Below the pieces are notes generated by a model. It worked only from the letters and a program-made list of their open reading frames with translations, made no database searches and was not told the origin of the DNA. From positions 201,314,001 to 201,378,000 of the forward strand of contig OZ024741.1 in NCBI GenBank assembly GCA_964016885.1: DNA of 64,000 nucleotides, written 5' to 3'. The first letter of the stretch is position 1; each line of letters starts with the position of its first letter. Position numbers and translations under genes: made by a program. This document shows positions 36,795-51,624 of the stretch, in pieces. Source of the stretch: Eledone cirrhosa. Its lineage: Eukaryota.

Positions 36795-38610
36795 TTATGT
36801 AAGAGCTTCTGGGTAAACAACATTCTTTGTTTTTTGTTTCGGAACATAGACAAATAAGTATAAACTACCCACCCTGGAGCAACCAACATAAAGTTGACCA
36901 TGAGAAAAGCAAGGTTAACTTAAGTGCAAGTCAGTAGATTTCAAAGTCTGACCTCCAGCTTTAGTGATAGACATTGTGAAGCAAAGTTGCACTGAGAATT
37001 GTGTTCATTTGAACTCAAATGGCATGTCTGTTGGTTTGATTGGAATTCTTGGAATGAAAACATCTTCCCCAGAAACACATCCAGGGATGATGGTAGCTTC
37101 TATCACATTAGGTGATAATGTCTTTACAATCAACCTTCTCCCATTGCATAATTTAGGAGGATCTAAATGTCTTAGAAGCATTATTGGGACTACAAACTTC
37201 AGGAAGTTTATGTGGAGCAGTTGCAGGTGGTTCAAAAGAATTAAGAAACTCTATTGGTTAGTGGACAGCTTGATTTTCATCAAGGATTGAATCAACTGAT
37301 TTGTACTCCTTAATTATTGTTGGAATCTTATTCATTAGCTCATGGTTAACCCTTGCTTTGTCTCATTTTTTTGGAGCAAGAAATGCTCTTTCACACAACC
37401 ATTTCTGTGAATTATAATGATTGTTTAAGTCTGGAAATACCCTGTTCTTCAATTCAGCTGGCAAATCCACCATAATAGCAATATGAGCCAAGTTGATATA
37501 ACCATTCCCATCAATCAGTACTGCCCCATTTTCTAATTGAAGGACTCAGGTCGAAAACTGTTCTGTACATTGGTCCCTGTGTAATAAAGTTTGCATGTTA
37601 GTATCAAAGAAATTCTATACTTTATTCCATAACTGTGAAGACTTAATGCATGCTTTTATTTCATCAGCTCTTGTTCCGCTGGGAATGACTGGTAGTGTCT
37701 CTGAAGTCTCCTGATAAAACTAATGTAACTCCTCCCATAGATGTATTGTTGCCTCTTATGTCCTGTAAGGTCTTATCAAGAGCTTCCATTGCTCATCTAT
37801 GTGACATGGTGCATTCATCCTAAAGGATCAGGTGACATTGACGCAGCACTTCTGCTGAACCTGAGCCTTTGCTTATGTTACAAATTGGACTGCCATTTGT
37901 GACCAGGTTTAGTGTTAATCTAAAAGCAGAATATGTTGTTTGTCCTCCTGGGAGAAGGATGGCATCAATACCAAACGATCCTACAGCAAGTGCAATCCTT
38001 TTTTCTTGCTTTACTTTAAAGGGAAGCAATGTTGTTACAAATGCTTTACCTGTACCACCTGGAGGATCAAGAAAGGAAATTCCTCTGACTGACGAAATTA
38101 TTTCATAATATGCACAGCATTGTTCTGGGAGACATTTAGGCTCATGTTCATTCACAAATGCAGCTAACTGTGTGATGTCATAATTTGTCTCTCTTGCAAA
38201 TTCTCTTGAAGTTAAACCATTAATTTGATGGTTTGTTTTCAGCAGTCCGGAACCAGGCTCTCACAAATTCTTACCTCAAATTGATCCTCAATTTCAATCA
38301 ATGCTTGATTGAAAATTTCTTTGACACCTGGGTTTGCCAGTTGAACTGCATACTTTAAGACATCCATGTCCTTTTAATGTTTCATCCAAAGTAGGGGACT
38401 GCCAATTTGGCACATGTTCAGCATAATAGCAAAAACGTTACAGTTTCCTTGGAGAATCTGACACTGATGCTTCAGTCAGTGCAAGGACCCAATGATCATC
38501 ATTTTCCTACAAACCTTGTTGATAGTATGCTTCCCTATAGGTTTCACACACTTGACCATTTACTCTCCTCAAATCTTGGAATGATTTGGGATCACAAACT
38601 TCATGCAAAA
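36795..38610 (-). mobile_element. Helitron RepHel relic (PIF1-family helicase), heavily disrupted
   Basis: PGGTGK, LLPGGQT, MLLRHLDPPKLCNGRRL, VFIPRIP, FSHGQLYVGCSRV and KTKNVVY. Confidence 0.88.
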
Positions 38611-38698
38611 GGATCAATTCAATGATGGCTGAGTGCCACTCGTGAATGGGAAAATTGATGATGTGCCAAAAAGCCTGAGGCTTTTTGGCACATGTATA

Positions 38699-38748
<50 letters not shown>

Positions 38749-38863
38749 GTATGAGAGAAGAAGATAATTAGTAGCAATGAGGCTTTTTGGCACATCATCA
38801 ATTTTCCCATTCACGAATGGCACTCAGCCATCATTGAATTGATCCTTTTGCATGAAGTTTGTG
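38593..38863. repeat. About 83-bp inverted repeat (38593-38676 / 38780-38863) enclosing (TA)n
   Basis: cacaaacttcatgcaaaaggatc...gccaaaaagcct against its reverse complement. Confidence 0.85.
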
Positions 38864-39152
38864 TGTGTATATATACCGGGTGATCTGTTGTTTCCTTGAG
38901 CAAGACACTTTATTTCACATTGCTCCAGTTTACTCAGCTGTAGAAATGAGATGATAGGACTGGGGTCCCTATCATTCCACTCCAAAGTGGTTGTGGAGGT
39001 GCCACGGCAAAAAACCACCCACCACTCACTGTAAATGAGGTTGGTGTTAGGAAGGGCATCCTGCTGTAGAAATCAAGCCAGAATCAGTTCCTGTCCCACC
39101 CTTGCAAGCAGGGAAAAGTGGATGTAAAATGATGATGATGATGATGATGTAC

Positions 39153-39183
<31 letters not shown>

Positions 39184-39196
39184 TATATCTATCTAT

Positions 39197-39380
39197 CTAA
39201 GGCGGGTAAAATTCCCGAGATCCATGGACGAGTTCTCTCCAGCGGTCTCTGTCCCTCATTATCGCTGCCATATCCTGCATCTCCAACAGACCAGTGTCTG
39301 TCCTTAGGGCATCAACATATGTTAACCTTGGTCTTCCTCTTCTAGTGTGTCCATGTAGGGGCTCCCAAAGGAGCACTGAG
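39197..39380 (-). mobile_element. RTE-like LINE 3' end (inverted twin of 36101-36272)
   Basis: Identical translation and near-identical DNA. Confidence 0.75.
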
Positions 39381-39487
39381 TGCATATATATATATACATA
39401 TATATATATACATATATATATATACATATATATATACATATATACATATATATACATATATATATATGTATATATATATATACATAC

Positions 39488-39520
<33 letters not shown>

Positions 39521-39524
39521 ACTT

Positions 39525-42500
39525 TGATAACTTTGATAGGTTTCGGCCAGTATTGGCCCAGGCCATGTCTAACTTAATAGCACCACCTAGCGAAGTTTAC
39601 AAATCAGTGTTTGGGCACCATGGCCCACTCGAGCAGAGACTTATTGTTTATGGAGGCATATCCGAATGTAGGAGGCCTACCCCGGATTTCTTGAAGGAAT
39701 TTATCCAAAGACTTCTTGAACTTGATGTGGTCTGTCTCTGCTTTGTGGTAATGTTAAAGAGAGCAGGGCCAATTGAGGTGAAATAATTGTGCCGTATTTT
39801 TGTTGAGATGCGAATGAGATTTTTGTCATGGGCGGGTAGCACGGGGCCCAAGCCTTGGGTGTACATTAAAGGTGATGCCAACATCATTTGGGAAAAGCTG
39901 ATGGAATATTTTCCCCATCATGCAGATAATGTAGCGCTCACGGCAACGTTGGAGAGAATAAAGGTTGAGCTTTCCTAATCGACTCCAATAGTCAAGGCCT
40001 GTCATGTCATCTATCTTTTTTGTAATTGACCTTTGGGGTGCTTCAACTTTCATGATACTTTGTTTCGTGTGGGGTGACCACATTGGACAACAGTATTCAA
40101 GGTGCAGTCGGGTCGGGCAAAAGTGGAGAAGAGAAGGATAATAGTGTGGATATCTCTCGACTGGAAAGTTCTGAGAATCCAGGAACACATTCTGCAGGCC
40201 ATATCAACTTTGCTGTTTATATGAGTGGCCCAGCCTATGTTGTTGTCCACAATTACTCCCAGGTCTCTGTTGGATGCTACTAGAGTTTCACCCAAAGGAA
40301 GAGAGTATGGTAGTTTCAGGGCATCTTTTTATCAAAAGTGGATTAATTCAAACTTATCCTCATTCAATAGCATATTGAACATATTTTGCCCATTGGACAA
40401 CAGTCAGTAGGTCTGACTGAAGGCAAGTCCGGTCACCCACCTCATTGATGACCCTTTGGAGCTTGGAATCATCTGCGAAGATTCTTATGTTGTTGTGCTT
40501 GATGGTGTCAGTAATGTCATTAATGTAGATGATGAAAAGAAGTAGGCCCAACACAGTTCCTTGTGGGACGCCACTGCTGATTTTGGCAGGGTTGATTTTA
40601 TTCCTTCATCTACAACATGCTGGGTTCTGCCTGTCAGGAAACATTTGATCCACTGTAGTAACCTTCCAGAGACACCAACATTGGATAGTTTTTTCAGTAG
40701 AATCTTATGATCAACCCTGTCAAAGGCCTTGCTGAAATCAAGGTAGATGACATCAGTCTTGGAGCCCTCTCCCAAGGCTCTCAAAACATCATCAAAGTGA
40801 TGTAGGAGCTGCGTTAGGCAGTCCCTTCCATTACGGAACCCATGTTGGTTGGAGTTCAACAGGCTGTTGCTTTCGAGAAAGTGGGTTATTCGTGATCTCA
40901 CCACCCTCTCAAATACCTTGATAATATGAGAGGTGAGTGAGATCAGATGGTAGTTCACTGCAAGGGACTTATTTCCCTTTTTGAAGACTGGGACAACGGA
41001 CTGGGACAGAAAGTTTTCAGGAATATAGCCAGTGTCCAGTGAGTTCCTCCACAGATTAGCAAGAGGAGATGCAAGTTTGGTGTCGACACACCTTCAGGAC
41101 TCAAGCAGGGAACCTGTCGGGGCCTACTGCTAAATTGTGTTTAATTTTGTTTATTGCCGCTAAGAGATCAGGGGCGCCAAACGTTATGTCTGATATAGTG
41201 TGTTGGGGATTAACATCACTGATACAGCCCAGATTGGCCATATCAGGATTGCTGAAAACAGAACAGTATTGTTTTTGCAGTATCTCGCCCATGGTTTTGG
41301 CATTGTCTTGGAGTGTGCCATTTTCATCAACTAGAGGGCCAACAGTGGAGAGAGTGACCTTGTATTTTTTAGCAAATGAAAAGAACACTGTGGGGTTGAG
41401 TTTGATTTTCTCAATGGCCCACCTCTCTTCAGCTATTCTCTGGTTATTGATGGTCATCATGCATTGCTGGAGGTTATATTTTTTTTACTCAAGCAGGGCG
41501 ATAGCCATCGAATGTGTGTGTTGCTGTTGGCAGTATTTTAGTGTGTTAATTTTTTTGTTTGTTCTTTTTATTTTTCTGATAATTGTTTTTCTGTTTTGGG
41601 GGATACTGCACTTGGTTTTCATCACAGGTCTTGGTAGGTGTGTTTTGTACATATATTTGTGACAGTGTCTACAACCGTCTGCCAAGATGTTTTGATGTTG
41701 GTGGAAGTGTGTGCATGTGTAAAAGACCAGTCGACATGTGATAGTTCGTTCATAATTGCATCCCAGTTGGCATTGTAGAGATCCATATTATCAAATGGGT
41801 GGGCTGGAAAGAGGACCCTGGGATTACCTTTCGGCTAGTGGAATCTCAAGTTATAAAGAACCATGTCATATTCTGAGAGAAGGGTTTTTTCCACTGTAAT
41901 ATTATGTATAGTGTTAGTGTGGTTACTAAACACTAGATCCAGAATGTTCTTCTGATGCCTCGTTGGTGCAAGGACAAGTTGGGACAAGAAAAACTAATTC
42001 ATGAAGTCAAGAAGTGACTTGACAGCTTCTTTGTCAGTGGTTCAGGTTGTGGTGCCTGGTTTCAAACTACATGTAGACCAATCGACACAGGGTAGATTAA
42101 AGTCTCCCATCAAAAGTATGTTGCTAGAATGGCACTGTTTAATAAAACATTTAATACTGTTGAGGCATTCTTTGAAGCAGATTATGGGTATTTGTAGTAG
42201 CCTATAGAGTCCAACTAATGTCAGGTCATTGGCTTTATTGTGCACAGTGACTGATTCACAGTATCCATTGGAGAATGTTGTGTTACCATCTACCGTAAAG
42301 GAATCATGCAGGAAAATGGCAGTTCCACGCTTCCTTCTGCCAACATGATCCGCACGGATGGTTGTGAAATTTCTCACCCTTACTTCGGCCTCCAAGTGGG
42401 AGTTGTCAAGTTGGGTCTCAGTAAGAATGAAGAAGGGGATGTGAAATGGATGGTTACCAACCCAATCCTCAATGAATTGGATCTTCCATTTCTGTGCATT

Positions 42501-42650
42501 GATGGATGGGCTGATACCTTGTGTATTGAGTGAAAATGTGGAGACTAGTGTGGTGGCTGATTTTCACTGTTGCAGGGGGCTTGTTTTGAGATTGTGTGTT
42601 AGTGACAGCAAGGATGGTGTTGGGTGACGACTAAAATGTTTTTCTCTATC
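39525..42650 (-). mobile_element. CR1/L2/Jockey-group LINE ORF2 relic (APE plus RT)
   Basis: LLMGDFNLP, GPDRFPA, ISLTSHIIKVFE, NQHGFRNGR.CLTQL, DVIYLDFSKAFDRVDH, IFADDSKL and HLEYCCPMWSPH. Confidence 0.88.
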
Positions 42651-42906
42651 TCTTTTGCCAGGTTCATGGCTAAAAAAGAAAAAAATTATATATATATATA
42701 TAGTATTAGTTATACTATTTATGGTTATGTAAACACAAAACCTTAAGCAGTTGTAAGTATTTTACACACACCCTAAATAGTGGTAGGCAGTAATGTATTA
42801 CTACCTTATTACCAGTAAGTTAAGTAGCTCAATGTAAAAACATCAGATGATTTACAGAGCAGTTATATGAAATATAAGAATCAAAGAACTGTTCAAAACA
42901 TTATTG

Positions 42907-42953
42907 TGCTTACAGCTGTTTCCTCCAAACCGAGGTTTGGATTCTTCGGAGCA
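42907..42953 (-). ncRNA. Type I hammerhead motif (CCGAAGA core variant), left palindrome arm
   Basis: tgct-CCGAAGA-atccaaacc tc ggtttggag-GAAA-cagctg-TA-agca. Confidence 0.6.
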
Positions 42954-43165
42954 ATTTATTAATGCATGGACAGTTATATGACCTCCTTTTCAGCCGAGAG
43001 ACATACCAATACATATTCAAACATTGATACATATTCAAACATTGTGGGTCAACATTCAATGTTTGAATATGTATCAATGTTTGAATATGTATCAATGTTT
43101 GAATATGTATTGGTATGTCTCTCGGCTGAAAAGGAGGTCATATAACTGTCCATGCATTAATAAAT

Positions 43166-43212
43166 TGCTCCGAAGAATCCAAACCTCGGTTTGGAGGAAA
43201 CAGCTGTAAGCA
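43166..43212 (+). ncRNA. Type I hammerhead motif (CCGAAGA core variant), right palindrome arm
   Basis: Same motif as 42907-42953 on the plus strand. Confidence 0.6.
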
Positions 43213-43243
43213 CAATAATGTTTTGAACAGTTCTTTGATTCTT

Positions 43244-43537
<294 letters not shown>

Positions 43538-43584
43538 ATATATATATATATGTATATATACATACATATATATATATATTTATG

Positions 43585-43684
<100 letters not shown>

Positions 43685-43715
43685 CATATATATATATACA
43701 TATATATATATACAC

Positions 43716-43852
<137 letters not shown>

Positions 43853-44041
43853 GATATATACATATATATATATATATATATATGTACATATATATATATA
43901 CATATATATATAAATGTATATAACATATATATATAGATAATATATACATATGATATATATATGCATATATACATATATATAAGAATATATATATATAGAT
44001 AGATAATATATACATATGATATATATATACATACATATATA

Positions 44042-44113
<72 letters not shown>

Positions 44114-44491
44114 CAAATATATATATATATATACATGTATATATGTACATATATATATATGTGTGTGTGTATGTATTAAAATATTGATTAATACGTGAAG
44201 TAATTAATCAAGTTTAACAAAAATATATGTTGGCCAAAGTGGTACAGATAGTCACTATTGGAACCTAATATTCAGCTCACCAATATAAATTTTTGAAAAA
44301 TCTTTTTAATTATATCTTTAGGAGCAGTAACATAAAATGTAAAGGTAATGTGATCTCTAGACACCTGTATCCATACTATGCATGATTATAAGAATTACGC
44401 AGGTGCAATTGTTTAAGAAGATATGAGAAAAGATGTTATAAGATCTATTCTCACCATCCATATATATATATACAAACAGACATATATATAC

Positions 44492-44525
<34 letters not shown>

Positions 44526-44569
44526 GTATATAGATGCATTGCCAGATATATATACATAGCTGTATAACA

Positions 44570-44740
44570 AAGTGCAGGGCAATAAAGATAGACGGTAGCC
44601 ACGGAATAGGCAGACCTAGAAAAACCTGGGACGAGCTGATAAACTCCGACCTCACACACTTACACCTCTCCAAGACAATGTCACTGGACCGAGACCTTTG
44701 GCGGTACTCAGTAATAGAGAAGACCCGCCTTACCTAAATA
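44570..44740 (+). mobile_element. RTE-like LINE 3' end fragment
   Basis: G..GRPRKTWDE...DRDLWR. Confidence 0.6.
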
Positions 44741-44899
44741 CATAGTAAAACCTACTACAGTCAGTAGGCATCTCTAACAAAATACAATCTCTCTTGTCTT
44801 CCTTTGTGAAAATTGGGTTTATCACTCCCAATTGCAATTGCTTAGGTGCCTTTCCAGAGATCCAGGCCACCCAGCACACACAAGTTAGCCAAAGAATAC

Positions 44900-46000
44900 C
44901 TTCTCTATTTTAGGCTTTATGCCATTTAACTGTTCTTGTGACATCAGCCTCTGGGAGATTTGTCACCACTCCCACATACACCTCATGTACATTTGAAGAT
45001 GTTATTGTGACCATGTTTAGGAGATCAGCAAATTATTCTCTCCACCTCACAAGGATGCACCTCTCTGAAGAGAGGAGAGCCCCAGACACATTCTTGATAG
45101 CAGGTGTGGAGGAGAACTTCTTATTATGAAATCAGTAGATGGTCTGCCACAATACTTTATTTACTAATCTGAAGTCAGATTCCAGCTTAACCCCAATGTC
45201 CTCCCATTACTTAACTTTAGATGCTTTTACTGTCTCTGCTGCGATTTTTCATGCCAGCTTGCACCGCAAGTTCAATAAGGAGGACTTCTTTCCAAGCCAA
45301 GCTTTGTATGCCTTTGCTAGAATGGCTCCTTTGACCTTTTGATTGAACTAAGGAGTCCTCCTGCCATCTGACGCCACACCAAGCATTTAACAGCTGAAGC
45401 AGAAACTATTGTGCTAAACAACCTCCACTCTGTCTCAACCCACTCAGTTTGTTAAGGGAATTATCTGAATTTGGATGTAATAGTATCTGCATATCTGGTC
45501 CTGACTTCCTTATCCAGCAATGCTTCCCAATTTATCCTGTAAGTTGCCCTAGACCTCCCAGTTTTTTGGGTTTCTTTGGCTTTAGGTAGTCTCAAGTTGC
45601 AGATAATTAGATAGTGAGTGGTTAACAGCTCAGCCCCTCTCTTAACACAAACATCCAGCACAGAACCAAAAAGTACCCCCCTCCCCCCAATACACAAATC
45701 TGTCAGCAACCTTCATCTTTTGACAGCATACTTATATATGGAGTGCTCATTGAAAGGTTTATCTGGTGCAGGTTGGTACATGAGGACAGTCTTCTTCAGA
45801 ATAATTGTCAGTCCCAAACTATTGCACACATTGGAAAAAGAATCCATGAGGTGTTCTATGTCACTCTGGGAGTGTGTGAAGAGATAACAATCATCTGCAT
45901 ACAGAAATTCTCTGATCAAGGTACTCAGTACCTTTGTGTTAACAGTGAGACGCCTGAGGTTGAACAGCTTGCCAGAAGTTGTATTGTTTTGATTCATTGA
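44900..46000 (-). mobile_element. RTE-like LINE fragments (APE C-terminus 45461-45709; BovB-like RT 45713-45997)
   Basis: VLDVCVKRGAELLTTHYLI and GKLFNLRRL....REFLYADD. Confidence 0.7.
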
Positions 46001-46047
46001 TATGCTCTGGACTAATATTTAATATACATATATATATATATTTATAC

Positions 46048-46087
<40 letters not shown>

Positions 46088-46359
46088 TCATTCTTCAAGC
46101 AAGCCGCTGTTTTTATTCTGTTTAAGGTCTGTATAATTCATCTATATTGGCTGTCCATAGATACATAGACATCTAGATTTTCTCAGAGTTAAATGTATTA
46201 TCCCGGCAATTCTCGATTTTTTTTAGAGACCAATACGTACTTATACTTACTTACCTCACATTTTCCTTCCCAGAAGAGCACTGTGAGTTCCTAAAAAATA
46301 ACCTACTAAAGGTGACAGACGAGATCTGACGTTGGAGTAAGATTACAAGGAGAAGGAGA

Positions 46360-46931
46360 GTGACTTGGTGGTGGAACAATAAATTAGATGAAACAATTAA
46401 AGCCAAGAGACAGGCATGGAAGAACGTGGTGAGCAGGGTACATTACATAGAGACCAAGAGGGAAGCTAGGCGACAAATATACATAGTTAGAAGGGAAACG
46501 GGGTATTAAAAAAATCAAGCATGTTTTGCAGTGTGTTAGAGAAAATTGCGATGGCATTGGTGAGAAGTGTGTCCGGGATGATACGGTGCACTTGCCCTTA
46601 CATATGCTGAGAAGAAAGATGCGTGGAAGAGCCATTATGAAAGATTATTGAATGAAGAGAATGCATGGGAGAAAGAGACCCTACCCCAAGTGGACCCCAT
46701 TGAGGGCTCAGCAGTACAAGTCAGCAGCAGCGTAGTTAGTAAGGCAATTAAGGATATGAAAACTGAGACAGGAACCGGTCCATCAGGAATAGTTGCTGAG
46801 ATGCTGAAAGCATCTGGGTCGGTAGGTCACACCTTAACCACGCGTATTATAAACCAAGTAATACCAGATGGCGTCATACCAAATGGTTGGCGCGGCAGCA
46901 TCATTGTCAACTGCTACAAGGGTAAAGGAGA
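46360..46931 (+). mobile_element. RTE-like LINE RT N-terminal fragment
   Basis: NEEN.W, AIKDMK...GPSGIVAEMLK, IPNGWRGSIIVNCYKGKGD. Confidence 0.75.
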
Positions 46932-46952
46932 TTATATATATATATATATATA

Positions 46953-47008
<56 letters not shown>

Positions 47009-47084
47009 ATCATGGTTTAATAATATATCCTCTGTTATATCGTAGTTTAATAATATACAAGCGAAAAATAAGTGTAGATTTACC

Positions 47085-48430
47085 TAATTTGATATTGTAG
47101 ATTTCTACCCCTCTATTACTGAATCCTTATTAATTAAAGCCTTAGATTTTGCTAGACATTTCATTGATATATCTAATTTAGAGGAGGATGTTATCTTACA
47201 CGCTAGGAAAACACTAAAGAAGATACTTGGGTTAAAAAATCAAGCCCAGAAAACTCTTTTAGTGTCTCGATGGGCTCTTACGATGGCGCCGATGTGTGCG
47301 ATTTAGTTGGATTATTCCTCCTCCACATTCTTGAGAAATTTCCCAGCCATAATATCGGCTTATACCGAGACGATGGTTTGACTGTTTCTCATACCACCAA
47401 CGGCCATAATCTTGATAAATTCCGTAAAGATTTAATTAATACCTTCTCTAACTAATACCTAAAAATTACTGTAGATACGAACCTAACTAATACCAACTTC
47501 CTCGACATCAATCTTGACCTACTTACCGCTTCTTTCAAACCCTATCATAAACCCAACGAAAATTTGAGATATATACACAAAAAGTCTTGCCATCCTCCTA
47601 TAGTATTTAAAAATCTTATTCCTAATATTAGTCGTAGGATCTCTACCTTATCTCCATCTATAGATATTTTCAATAAAGCAGCCCCTTATTATAATAAGGC
47701 CCTTAAAAATAGCGGTTTCAACGAACAAATCAAATATATACCCACTCCTCCTTCTACCACTAAACACAATAACAGGAAAAGAAAAATGATATGGTTTACC
47801 CCCACCTTTCTCTTTAACAGTTAAAACTAATGTAGAAAGAAAATTCCTCGAACTCCTAGACAAACATTTCCCCCAACAACATAGATATAAGATATTTAAT
47901 AGAAATTTAGTTAAAATTAGCTACTCTTGCTGCCCATCAATGAAATACAAAATTACCAACTCAGATATAACTAAAGGAAACCCAGCATGTAGTTGCAGGA
48001 AACCAGAAGAATGCCCCTTACAGGGCAAATGCAATACGAAATCAATCGTATATGAGACCAAAATGACACCCATTATAAAGTACCAACCAGCCAGTAGTGA
48101 GCGATATGTGGGCATGACACAAGACAAATTTAAAATCAGATACTATGCACATGTCGCTTCCTTCAAACACCCAGAGAAATGAACATCTACGGCGCTGGAT
48201 AATAAAGTGTGGGAGTTTAAAGAACGCAAGATTCCATACTCGATTGATTGGTCTATTTTAGACCACTCAAAAGAATATCAGAAAGGCACAAAAAAATGTT
48301 CTTTGTGTATAACTGAAAAGTACAGAATACCTCAAAATCTGAAAACTCCTACCACTTGCCTCAATTCTAAAACTGAGCTCTTCAGAAGCTGTCCACCTGA
48401 AATCGCATCTCCTTTACAGCTGGCATAACA
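47085..48430 (+). mobile_element. Penelope-like element (possibly Naiad-type): RT plus GIY-YIG, frameshifted
   Basis: MGSYDGADVCDLVGLFLL, GLYRDDGL, YIHKKSCHPP, IWFTP, CSCR..ECPLQGKC, YVGMT..FK.RY..H and CSLCITEK. Confidence 0.88.
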
Positions 48431-48489
48431 CACCTACGAACACTCAACCGCCCTGAGCTTCCTCTTTACAAAATAACTCTTCCACTTAC

Positions 48490-48875
48490 TACCCAGATTG
48501 CTTTATGAACATATACATTTTACCCAGTTCGACTTATAAACACATACTTTTTACCACAACCATTATACACAATCATCTCCCACTTGTTTATTTAATTTAT
48601 TTTCTTTATACCCTCCCCATTTTCTGTCAAACTTTTAACACATACACACCCACCACCTTCATTCTGTCCACCTTTCTTAACCCACTACCCAGATCGCTTT
48701 ATGAACACATACATTTTACCCAGATCGATTTATAAACACATACCTTTTACCACAACCATTATACACAATTATTTACCACCTATTTATTTTATTCGTTTAT
48801 ACCCTCCCCCACTTTCCGTCAAACTTTTAACAAATACACACCCACCACCTTCTTTCTTTCCACATTTCTTACCGC
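48490..48875 (+). repeat. About 195-bp tandem duplication downstream of the PLE ORF
   Basis: tacccagat(t/c)gctttatgaaca...ttttaccacaaccattatacacaat starts at about 48490 and about 48687. Confidence 0.8.
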
Positions 48876-49255
48876 CCCCCCCCCCCCCTTTTTTATAGAT
48901 CCTGTACACTTCTTCCCCCTTCTTTAACCTCACCATGATCTACAACCAACAACACTCACATAGTCACTTTATTCACACATCATTTGTCATACCCTATCAC
49001 TACCATTATCCCATCCTCTTTCTACCTATTAGTTATACACTTTCTACACACACTCTTACATTTCATTATTTTTTTACGGGAACCCTATTTCTACTGTTCA
49101 GATATTATATTCATAGTTACGTATGAATATATGTTTATGTATGTATGTATACATTTTTGTATGTATTTATTTATAATTGCGTGTGTATTCCACTTATTTG
49201 TGCAATTATAATGTTTGTCATAGGTATGTGTGTGTCCCTACATGTCTATGTATGC

Positions 49256-49330
<75 letters not shown>

Positions 49331-49335
<5 letters not shown>

Positions 49336-49600
49336 ATATTAAATAAATGGAAACTATATTTATAAAACCATATTTATTCTATTATATATATTTCAAGGGT
49401 ACCAAAACTTTTTTGGGGAACGCTATCATCAGATAAAATACAAAATGAAATATATATAATAGAATAAATATGGTTTTATAAATATAGTTTCCATTTATTT
49501 AATATCATTGAATACTTACTCCAGAAAACTGTCGAATGCTCTGAATCAGTTATAAACATCTATATTTGTTGGATTTCCAACAAATTAAATATCTCTTCTA
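49331..49600. mobile_element. Palindromic non-coding element of the 136-990 family (arms 49331-49394 / 49446-49510)
   Basis: AATGGAAACTATATTTATAAAACCATATT terminus shared with 136-168, 870-906, 50417-50460, 59440-59480 and 59895-59970. Confidence 0.75.
49375..49440 (-). ncRNA. Type I hammerhead motif
   Basis: Minus strand: tattttat-CTGATGA-tagcg...ccctt-GAAA-tatata-TA-atagaata. Stem II is weak. Confidence 0.6.
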
Positions 49601-49659
49601 CATATATATATATTTATCCTTATTTAGCCCTCTTTGGATTTTAGTCTTCAAATTTATTA

Positions 49660-49711
<52 letters not shown>

Positions 49712-50066
49712 GTACATATATATAGACGCATATATATATAAGTGTGTGGGTGTGTATATTCTTACCCCTATACTTGTGTACATATATATGTGTCTATGTA
49801 TGTATCTGTACATATGCATGTGTATATATGTATGTGTATGTGCGTGTATGTACGGATATTGCGTGTATGTGTGTATACACATATATATATATATATGTGT
49901 GTGTATATATAAATATATATCTATATGTCCGTGGATATGTATGTAGATATATATATATGTATACAATTGTATGTATATGTGAGTGTGTATATATATATAT
50001 ATATGTCCATGTATATGTGTATGTATGCATATTCGTGTGCGTATGTTTGTATATATGTCCTCGTAC

Positions 50067-50123
<57 letters not shown>

Positions 50124-50216
50124 TGTGTGTGTGTGTATGACATATGTTTGTAATTGTGAGTGAATATTTATTCTTATATGTGTGTGTTGGCGTAAGCCTG
50201 TATATATGTGTGTGTA

Positions 50217-50282
<66 letters not shown>

Positions 50283-50458
50283 CAGAAGGGATATTCAATT
50301 TATTGGTAATTCAACAAATAAATATGTTTATAACTGATTTAGAGCACTCAACAGTTTTCAAATATTTATAAATCAATTTTGTATTTTATCTTTTGATAGC
50401 GTACCAAAATTTTTGAATAAATATGGTTTTATAAATATAGTTTCCATTTATTTAATAT

Positions 50459-50539
<81 letters not shown>

Positions 50540-50753
50540 TTTTGCTTGTTTTTGTCAGCCGCTGCGTTTTAGATCCGTTGCGAGCCCGTTCATTTTTATC
50601 TTTATTTTATTTTATTTTTGATCTTGTTTTTAATATTTTTCGTGTCTGCTAAATCAGCCACTGAACTGTATCAACGTAATTGTGCGTGTGTTTGTGGTGT
50701 GTTGTGTATGTGTTTATGTATGTGTATGTATATGTAACAATGTGCATGTATGT

Positions 50754-50811
<58 letters not shown>

Positions 50812-51060
50812 ATGTATGCATGTATGTATGTATATGTGTGTGTGCGCCTATATATGTATATATGTATATGTGTGTGTGTGAATATGTATCCATATGTGTG
50901 TGTGTGTATGTGTGTGCACGCATGTCGGCAAGTGTGCGCGTGTATGTATGTATATATATATACATACCTTTCATTTATATATATATATATAAATATATAA
51001 ATATGCCAAGACTGGAATTGAACCATCAGAACAGTTGAGGTATGTCATACATCAATTTAT

Positions 51061-51128
51061 ATATTTTATCTGATGAGGACGTACTGAGGGAACAGCACAG
51101 TACCTCCGAAATATATATAATAAAATAT
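51061..51128 (+). ncRNA. Type I hammerhead ribozyme motif, the best-formed copy
   Basis: atattttat-CTGATGA-ggacgtactg..cagtacctcc-GAAA-tatata-TA-ataaaatat. Stem I is 9 bp, stem II pairs at 9 of 10 positions and stem III is palindromic. Confidence 0.85.
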
Positions 51129-51272
51129 ATTTGATTACGTTGAATGTCTATATTTATTAATATTTTGAATTAATATTAATAACTCCAGAACACCTTTTAC
51201 TGTTGAGTGCTTCTAATCTATTGTAAAACTATATTCATTGATTAATCAATGAACCTTGTTTAACTTTTAGTC

Positions 51273-51314
<42 letters not shown>

Positions 51315-51590
51315 TTATGGGCATGTGTATGTGCGTGTGTGAGCATGTGTGGGTGTGGGTGAGCATGTATGTGTATGTTTGTATGTGCAAGTATGCGTAC
51401 ATGTACGTATGTGTGAGTGTGTGAGTATAGGTATATGCGTGGGTATGTGCTTGTATATGTGTGTGTTTGTATATATACATATACATTTATTAGTTTCCCC
51501 TTTACATTACTAGCAATAGTAATGTTATTTGAAGTGGTGCCATTATTATTGCTAGTTGCACCAGTATTCCCGTTGCTCCCAACACGGTCC

Positions 51591-51623
<33 letters not shown>

Positions 51624-51624
51624 T

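Noticed and set aside
48180-48182. In-frame TGA in the PLE GIY-YIG region as possible selenocysteine
   Set aside because: The position (HPEK*TSTAL) is not a Cys-type site and is more simply a CGA>TGA decay. The copy has other lesions and I recognised no SECIS.
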